Shown piece after piece: positions 58,594 through 64,000 of a stretch of DNA of 64,000 bases. This stretch comes from Dehalococcoidia bacterium (GTDB lineage Bacteria > Chloroflexota > Dehalococcoidia > Bin125): the NCBI GenBank assembly GCA_963663895.2, contig CAXXRD010000005.1, positions 128,001 through 192,000 on the forward strand, given 5' to 3'. Position numbers and translations under genes: made by a program. Positions within the stretch are counted from its first letter, which is position 1; each line of letters starts with the position of its first letter. The notes beneath the pieces are model-generated. The model was not told where the DNA came from and ran no database searches. It was given only the letters and a program-made list of their open reading frames with translations.

Positions 58594-60062
58594 TGCTGGG
58601 TGAAGTCAACCTCTTCGGGCCGCAACTCGTTTTGATGTGCGTCGGCGGCATGTTGCTGGTGGCGGAGCTGGTCGTGCGCGATCGCCGGGTGCTCGTCGCC
58701 ATTGCCATGGCGGCCGTGCTCGGCGCTGTGGCTTACAGCGCCATCCTTCTCGCCGATGGCAAAGTCGGGCGCACCGCTTTCGACGAGGTGTTGGTCTTTG
58801 ATCAGTTCGCGCTGTTCTTCCAGTTCCTGCTGGGTGGCGTGGCATTGGCGGTGATCGCGGCGTCGTGGGACGCGCTGGCTCGCTTCCCGTCGCGCCAGGG
58901 CGAGTACCTTGCCCTGCTGCTGTTCAGTACGGCCGGCTTGATGCTCTTGGCGGGGACGCGGGATCTGATCGGTATCTTCGTGGCCCTGGAGCTCACCAGC
59001 ATCTCCCAGTACATCCTGGTCGGCTTTCATAAGGATCGCCTCTCCAGTGAGGCAGGGCTGAAGTATCTGCTGCTTGGGGCGATCGCTTCTGCGGTCTTGC
59101 TCTACGGGATGGCGATCCTGTTGGGGTTGAGTGGATCGACCAATCTGAGCGCCATCGCCGAATACGTCGCCGATGGCGACAGCGGGGTTATCGAGGCGCT
59201 GCTGCTCGCGATGGTGTTCCTGATCGTCGGCTTCGGATTCAAAGCGGCCATCGTGCCTTTCCAGATGTGGGTGCCCGATGTTTACCAAGGCGGCCCCACG
59301 CCCATTGCGGCCTATCTCTCTGTGGCCTCCAAGGCGGCTGCTTTCGCCATTCTGATACGCGTGTTTCTGGAAGCGCTCGGCGCCGAGCTGCTCAGCGCGC
59401 ACTGGTCGACGATCTTCGCCGTGCTGGCGGTGCTCTCGATGTTCGTGGGCAACATCCTGGCGATTCAGCAGTCGGACCTCAAACGGATGCTGGGCTACTC
59501 GTCCATCGCACAGGCGGGCACGATCTTGATCGGCCTCGCAGCGATCACGGCGGACCGTTCGATCGCTCTGGGATCAGGGGGAATTCTGTTCTATTTGGCG
59601 GGATACGCCGTTACCAATCTGACCGCGTTCCTGGTTGTGATCGCGGTCTTCAATCGGATCGGGTCGTGCGAGATCGATGCCTATCGCGGACTGGGGAAGC
59701 GTGCGCCGTTGCTCGGGGCTTTGCTCGCCTTCAGCCTGATCTCCCTCACGGGCTTTCCGCCGACCGCAGGATTCTTCGGTAAGGTCTACCTGTTTGACGC
59801 CGCAGTCCAGAGCGATTTGGCCTGGCTGGCCGTGGTCGGGGTCGTGAACTCGGTGATCAGCGCCGTCTACTATCTCCGCCCGGTGAAGGCGATGTTCATT
59901 GACGAGACTGCGTCCACCGTCGAGATGCCCGCGCGCTGGCGCCCCAACGCACCGCTTGCCCTGACACTGGGCCTGACGAGCGCGGGCGTGCTCGTGATCG
60001 GGCTGGCGCCCTCGCTGCTCATCGATGTCGCCAATGAGGCGGTCACCATCTTCGTTGGCTAA
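58593..60062 (+). CDS. nuoN: NADH-quinone oxidoreductase subunit N
   Basis: EAGLKY, FK...VPF.MWVPDVYQG.PT, KRML.YSSI, G.PP.AGF.GK. Confidence 0.97.
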   Translation: MLGEVNLFGPQLVLMCVGGMLLVAELVVRDRRVLVAIAMAAVLGAVAYSAILLADGKVGRTAFDEVLVFDQFALFFQFLLGGVALAVIAASWDALARFPSRQGEYLALLLFSTAGLMLLAGTRDLIGIFVALELTSISQYILVGFHKDRLSSEAGLKYLLLGAIASAVLLYGMAILLGLSGSTNLSAIAEYVADGDSGVIEALLLAMVFLIVGFGFKAAIVPFQMWVPDVYQGGPTPIAAYLSVASKAAAFAILIRVFLEALGAELLSAHWSTIFAVLAVLSMFVGNILAIQQSDLKRMLGYSSIAQAGTILIGLAAITADRSIALGSGGILFYLAGYAVTNLTAFLVVIAVFNRIGSCEIDAYRGLGKRAPLLGALLAFSLISLTGFPPTAGFFGKVYLFDAAVQSDLAWLAVVGVVNSVISAVYYLRPVKAMFIDETASTVEMPARWRPNAPLALTLGLTSAGVLVIGLAPSLLIDVANEAVTIFVG

Positions 60063-60078
60063 GGGGGGAAAGCGCCCC

Positions 60079-60543
60079 GTCCCGCACCGGATCAGCGTTG
60101 CGGTGGACCGAAGATACCGCCGTCGCGTTGATGCGAGCCTGTTGCGAGACACGGCCGTGGGCACGCTCTGCTCCCGGCGGCTGCGCTTGGCTCGAGCGGT
60201 GGCCATCACCGTCACGGACACGGAAAGCGTCCGGCGTCTGAACCGCGACTACCTTGGACTGGACGAACCCACTGACGTGCTCGCGTTCGAGACCCGTTTC
60301 GAAGGGGTGCGGGGGCCGGATGGCGTGGAGGAGCTGGGCGCGGTTGTGATCGCGCTGCCGGTAGCGGCGCGCGGCGCGCGAGCGCGGGGCGTCACTCTGG
60401 AGGACGAGCTGGCGCTGCTGGTCGTGCACGGGACACTCCATTTGCTTGGAGTGGATCACGCTACGCGGCGCGACGATGCGGCCATGCGCGAGATGGAGCG
60501 CGTCGCGCTGGAGCGCGTTGGTCGTCCGGGAGCGGTGCGGTGA
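60079..60543 (+). CDS. ybeY: rRNA maturation endoribonuclease YbeY
   Basis: LNRDY.G.D.PTDVL.F, HG.LHLLG.DH; start uncertain (GTC 60079 or GTG 60103). Confidence 0.92.
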   Translation, partial: VPHRISVAVDRRYRRRVDASLLRDTAVGTLCSRRLRLARAVAITVTDTESVRRLNRDYLGLDEPTDVLAFETRFEGVRGPDGVEELGAVVIALPVAARGARARGVTLEDELALLVVHGTLHLLGVDHATRRDDAAMREMERVALERVGRPGAVR

Positions 60544-60605
60544 GCAAGGGGCGATAACCAAGCGGCGCTGCGGCAGACCGGTGCTGGCGAGCCGCGATAT
60601 CTCGA

Positions 60606-60611
60606 TATAAT
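60606..60611 (+). promoter_or_regulatory. Consensus -10 box upstream of dnaX
   Basis: TATAAT 38 nt before the GTG start. Confidence 0.5.
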
Positions 60612-60649
60612 GAGTCGCGCTTCCAGGTCGGCCGGACGAAGGGGTTGTC

Positions 60650-62287
60650 GTGACGGAAGCGGTGCTCTACCGCAAATGGCGCCCTCGGCGGTTCGCCGAT
60701 CTAGTGGGCCAAGACCCCATCGTTCGCACGCTGCGCAACGCGGTGGCGCAGGGCAAACCGGCTCACGCTTATCTCTTCTCGGGCCCGCGTGGCACCGGTA
60801 AGACCAGTACAGGAAGGATCTTCGCGAAGGCCGTCAACTGCGCTCGTCCGGAAGACGGCGATCCTTGTGATCGTTGCGAAAGCTGCCGCCTCATTGATGA
60901 GGGGCGCGCGCTGGATCTCGTCGAGATCGACGCTGCCAGTAACCGTGGCATCGACAATATCCGCGACTTGCGCGAGCGCGCGAACTATGCGCCCGGCGCC
61001 GTCGCGGTGAAGGTGTACTTGATCGACGAGGTGCACCAGCTTACGGACGCCGCTGCGGACGCGTTGCTCAAGACGCTGGAAGAGCCGCCGCCGCACGTGC
61101 TATTCGTGCTGGCGACGACCGACCCGCAGAGTCTCAAGGCCACGATCGTGAGTCGCTGTCAGCGCTTCGACTTTCGGCGCGTCGGGGTGATGGAGATTCG
61201 CGGGCGCCTCCGCGAGATTGCTGAGGCGGAGGGCTACACGATTCCTGATGAGGCGCTGGACCTGATCGCACGTGAGGCGACCGGGTCACTGCGCGACGCC
61301 GTGAACCTGCTCGACCAGGCCGCCTCCTCCTACGGGAACCAGATCAGCGTGGAAAACACAGTGGCGGCGCTCGGCCTGAGCGCTGACTCCCGCGCGATGG
61401 AGGTGGCGCGGGCCGCCCTGCGCAAGGATCTCAACAAGGGAATCAGCGTGCTCGCGGCAGTGCAGGACGACGCCGTTGACATGGCTCGCTTCACCAAACA
61501 GGTCGTGACGCATCTCCGGCAGGCCTTGCTTCTGCAAAGCGGTGCCGCGGCGGGACTCGCTCTCAGCGAACCCGAACTCGCCGCGCTGCGAGGGCTGGTT
61601 GATGGAGTGGAGCCTTCGACCACCGTGGCTGCGTTGCAAGCGTTTGGTAGTGCCGATGTGCAGAGTGACCCGTACACGTCGCTCCCGCTTGAGCTGGCGA
61701 TGGCGGACGTGGCGCTTGAGAGGCAGGCGCCGCTGGCCGTCGCCGGGCCCGCCGCCCCACCCGAACGCCGTACCCGGCCGTCTGGCGGCGCCGGTCGCGG
61801 GCGAGACCAGCGGCGTGGCGAAGGAAAGCCGAAGCTTTCCTCCGCGCGTACGCCTGCCCCGCGAGCCGTGACGCCTCCGGCCAGGCGAGCCGCTGGGACG
61901 GTGCCGGCAACGGAGCCTCCTGCTCCCCCGTCGCCGCCTCGTCGTCGTGAACTGTCGCCGCAAGAGGAGATGCTGCGCGCGATCCGGCAGGGGGTCAAAG
62001 CGCGCGGAGACGGCGCGCTGGCTGCCTGGCTCAATTCCTCTTGTCGGATCACCGAGATGAGCGATGACACGCTCACGCTTGGTTTCTTCCCTAACTACGT
62101 GAAGATCCACAAGGGTAAGGTCGAAGAAGGCCGTGACGTGCTGGCCGCAGTGGCCAGCGAAATCGTTGGTCGGCCGATGGCGATCCGCTGCACTGTGGCC
62201 GACGACGCTGAGCAGACGAAGCATAGTGCGCTGGTCGAAGAGGCGGAGCGGCTGGGTGCGCGTGTGATAAGCAAGGCGGAAGGCTAA
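60650..62287 (+). CDS. dnaX: DNA polymerase III subunit gamma/tau
   Basis: LYRKWRP, GPRGTGKT, Cys4 zinc module, EIDAAS, DEVH, LKTLEEPP, SRCQ. Confidence 0.97.
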   Translation: MTEAVLYRKWRPRRFADLVGQDPIVRTLRNAVAQGKPAHAYLFSGPRGTGKTSTGRIFAKAVNCARPEDGDPCDRCESCRLIDEGRALDLVEIDAASNRGIDNIRDLRERANYAPGAVAVKVYLIDEVHQLTDAAADALLKTLEEPPPHVLFVLATTDPQSLKATIVSRCQRFDFRRVGVMEIRGRLREIAEAEGYTIPDEALDLIAREATGSLRDAVNLLDQAASSYGNQISVENTVAALGLSADSRAMEVARAALRKDLNKGISVLAAVQDDAVDMARFTKQVVTHLRQALLLQSGAAAGLALSEPELAALRGLVDGVEPSTTVAALQAFGSADVQSDPYTSLPLELAMADVALERQAPLAVAGPAAPPERRTRPSGGAGRGRDQRRGEGKPKLSSARTPAPRAVTPPARRAAGTVPATEPPAPPSPPRRRELSPQEEMLRAIRQGVKARGDGALAAWLNSSCRITEMSDDTLTLGFFPNYVKIHKGKVEEGRDVLAAVASEIVGRPMAIRCTVADDAEQTKHSALVEEAERLGARVISKAEG

Positions 62288-62302
62288 AGAGCGGAGCGCG
62301 AT

Positions 62303-62674
62303 TTGGCGAAATCTCGCGGTGGAATGTTCCGGCAGCCCAAGCGCGGACCGAAGGGGGCGGGGGGCGGCATGTCTCCGGACGTGCTGCGTCGCGCGCAAGA
62401 GTTGCAAGCACAGATTGCCCAGGCGCAGGGAGAGCTGAAGGAGGCGACAGTCGAGGCGAGTGCGGGCGGGGGGGCGCTCACCGTCGAAATGACCGGCGCG
62501 CACAAACTCAAGGCCGTGCGCGTCGATCCGGAGATCCTGGACCCTGATGATCCCGAGATGGTGCAGGATCTGATCATCGCGGCGGTGAATGATGCGGTCG
62601 ATAAGCTTGCGGCGAAGCAAGCCGATCGCATGGCGGACTTCACGGACGGCCTCTCGCTGCCAGGGTTGACGTAG
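62303..62674 (+). CDS. ybaB: YbaB/EbfC nucleoid-associated protein
   Basis: AQELQ, AGGG, D.EM.QDLI.AA.N; between dnaX and recR. Confidence 0.94.
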   Translation: MAKSRGGMFRQPKRGPKGAGGGMSPDVLRRAQELQAQIAQAQGELKEATVEASAGGGALTVEMTGAHKLKAVRVDPEILDPDDPEMVQDLIIAAVNDAVDKLAAKQADRMADFTDGLSLPGLT

Positions 62675-62677
62675 GCA

Positions 62678-63328
62678 GTGAACGGCAGGCCGCTGGTCAC
62701 GGCGCCGCCGGTGGCGCGCCTGATCGAAGCGTTCCACCGGCTGCCTGGCATTGGGCCGAAGAGCGCCCAGCGGTTGGCGTATCACGTCCTGCGCGCTCCG
62801 CGGGCGGAGGCGGAAGCTCTGGCGGCTGCGCTGGTCGATGTGAAGGATCGGGTCCGCCTTTGCAGTCGCTGCCAGAACGTAACGGAGCAGGACCCCTGCG
62901 ATCTCTGCTCCGACGGGGCGCGGGACCAGGGACTGATCTGTGTGGTCGAGGAGCCGCTGGACACTCTGGCGGTGGAGCGAGCGGGAGTCTACGCGGGCCT
63001 CTACCACGTGTTGCACGGCGCTCTTAGTCCGATGGACGGAGTGGGCCCCGAGAAGATCAAGATCCGGGAGCTCGTCGAGCGGGTGAGCCGTGGGGGCGTG
63101 CGGGAAGTGATCTTGGCGACAAACGCCACGATGGAGGGCGACGCGACGGCAAGCTATCTCGTGCGCTTGCTCCAGCCGTCCGGGGTGGCGGTTACGCGTA
63201 TCGCGCGCGGACTGCCCGTCGGCGCAGACGTGGAGTATGCGGACGAGATCACGCTGGGCCGAGCGCTGCGGCAGCGGGTGCCGGTTGAGACGGAGGAGGG
63301 GACCGCCGTCGAAGGCGGGGAGCGGTAG
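62678..63328 (+). CDS. recR: Recombination mediator RecR
   Basis: LPGIGPKSAQRLA, C4 zinc finger, YHVLHG, Toprim EGDAT. Confidence 0.97.
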   Translation: MNGRPLVTAPPVARLIEAFHRLPGIGPKSAQRLAYHVLRAPRAEAEALAAALVDVKDRVRLCSRCQNVTEQDPCDLCSDGARDQGLICVVEEPLDTLAVERAGVYAGLYHVLHGALSPMDGVGPEKIKIRELVERVSRGGVREVILATNATMEGDATASYLVRLLQPSGVAVTRIARGLPVGADVEYADEITLGRALRQRVPVETEEGTAVEGGER

Positions 63329-63330
63329 CG

Positions 63331-64000
63331 GTGGCGCTTCGCATCTACCGAACCGAAGCCGTCGTCCTCCGTCAGCGGCGCCTGGGCGATGCCGGTAAGA
63401 TCTGCGTGCTGTTTACGCCCAACCTCGGGCGTATTGAGGCGGTCGCGAAGGGTGTACGCCGTCCCCGGAGCAAGCTAGCCGGGCATCTGGAGCCATTGAC
63501 GCGAGTATCTCTGCTGCTGGCGAAGGGGCGATCGCTCGATACCATCACGCAAGCGCAGGCGTTGGATAGCTTCGCGCCGCTGCGCGAAGAGATCGAGCGT
63601 CTCAGCCGGGCGTTGTACGTAGCGGAACTCGTCGATCGCATGACGGACGCGGCTCCCGATGTCGGCGGGCTCTACCGCTTGCTGATCGATACCATCGAGC
63701 GTCTCGGCGCGACCGAGGCGCTGGACCTCGCGGTACGCTGGTTTGAGATGCGGCTGCTGATGGAGCAGGGCTACCAGCCCAATCTGGAGCGATGCGTCCG
63801 CTGCAATGCCGAACTGGCGCTCGAGGGCAACGGCTTCGCCGCACTCGCGGGCGGCGTGGTCTGTCCGGGTTGCCGCGAAGCGCCCGGGAGCCGGCCATTG
63901 TCCGGGGCCGCGTTCAAGCTGTTACGCTACATGCAACGCAGACCGTTCGCTGAAGTGGCTCGCGTTCGCGTCGATGCGGTGTTGGGTCGAGAGCTGGAGA
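63331..64000 (+). CDS. recO: DNA repair protein RecO (runs off the window end)
   Basis: Read from sequence: MALRIYRTEAVVLR...LG..G.I....TP..G....AKGVRRP.SKL.GHLE, later CxxC...CxxC zinc finger. Confidence 0.93.
   Translation, partial: MALRIYRTEAVVLRQRRLGDAGKICVLFTPNLGRIEAVAKGVRRPRSKLAGHLEPLTRVSLLLAKGRSLDTITQAQALDSFAPLREEIERLSRALYVAELVDRMTDAAPDVGGLYRLLIDTIERLGATEALDLAVRWFEMRLLMEQGYQPNLERCVRCNAELALEGNGFAALAGGVVCPGCREAPGSRPLSGAAFKLLRYMQRRPFAEVARVRVDAVLGRELE

Noticed and set aside
60650-62287. Programmed frameshift in dnaX producing gamma
   Set aside because: No A-AAA-AAG or poly-A/T slippery site seen in the linker region
61286-63016. 576-aa minus-strand ORF
   Set aside because: Antisense shadow of dnaX-ybaB-recR
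1-64000. CRISPR array, tRNA, rRNA or IS element
   Set aside because: No regularly spaced repeat-spacer series, cloverleaf, rRNA-like tract or transposase/integrase motif found by eye; intergenic gaps are short

Overview
GC-rich bacterial chromosome segment, most consistent with a Chloroflexota (Dehalococcoidia-like) genome; this is inferred from gene content and order, not from a marker gene. The left ~18.7 kb is accessory. It holds a lower-GC block with two divergent secreted peptidases (M23; HExxH zincin), a beta-carbonic anhydrase, a thioester-less alpha-2-macroglobulin with a recently duplicated N-terminal module, several gene remnants, a single-chain Type IIG/ISP-like restriction-modification enzyme, a c-type cytochrome and PPK2. 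The rest is mostly housekeeping: rarA, mutS2, amrA-like, selA, serine genes, rph, comEA/comEC (frameshifted), argF, cdaA-cdaR-der-plsY-gpsA, ybeY and dnaX-ybaB-recR-recO. Most notable: (i) a complex-I-like operon nuoA-C-D-H-J-K-[66 aa ORF]-L-M-N that lacks every Fe-S subunit (no nuoB, nuoI or nuoEFG) and carries an extra small gene; (ii) a minus-strand run of a bacterial ceramide synthase-like GNAT, a PHP phosphoesterase and two HadA/HadB-like dehydratase pairs, split by an inserted GmrSD-RAMA modification-dependent nuclease; (iii) several core genes whose best-placed start codons are non-canonical (CTG, ATC, ATA, GTC). No rRNA, tRNA, CRISPR array or intact transposase was seen. All family assignments come from motif recognition by eye; no database searches were run.
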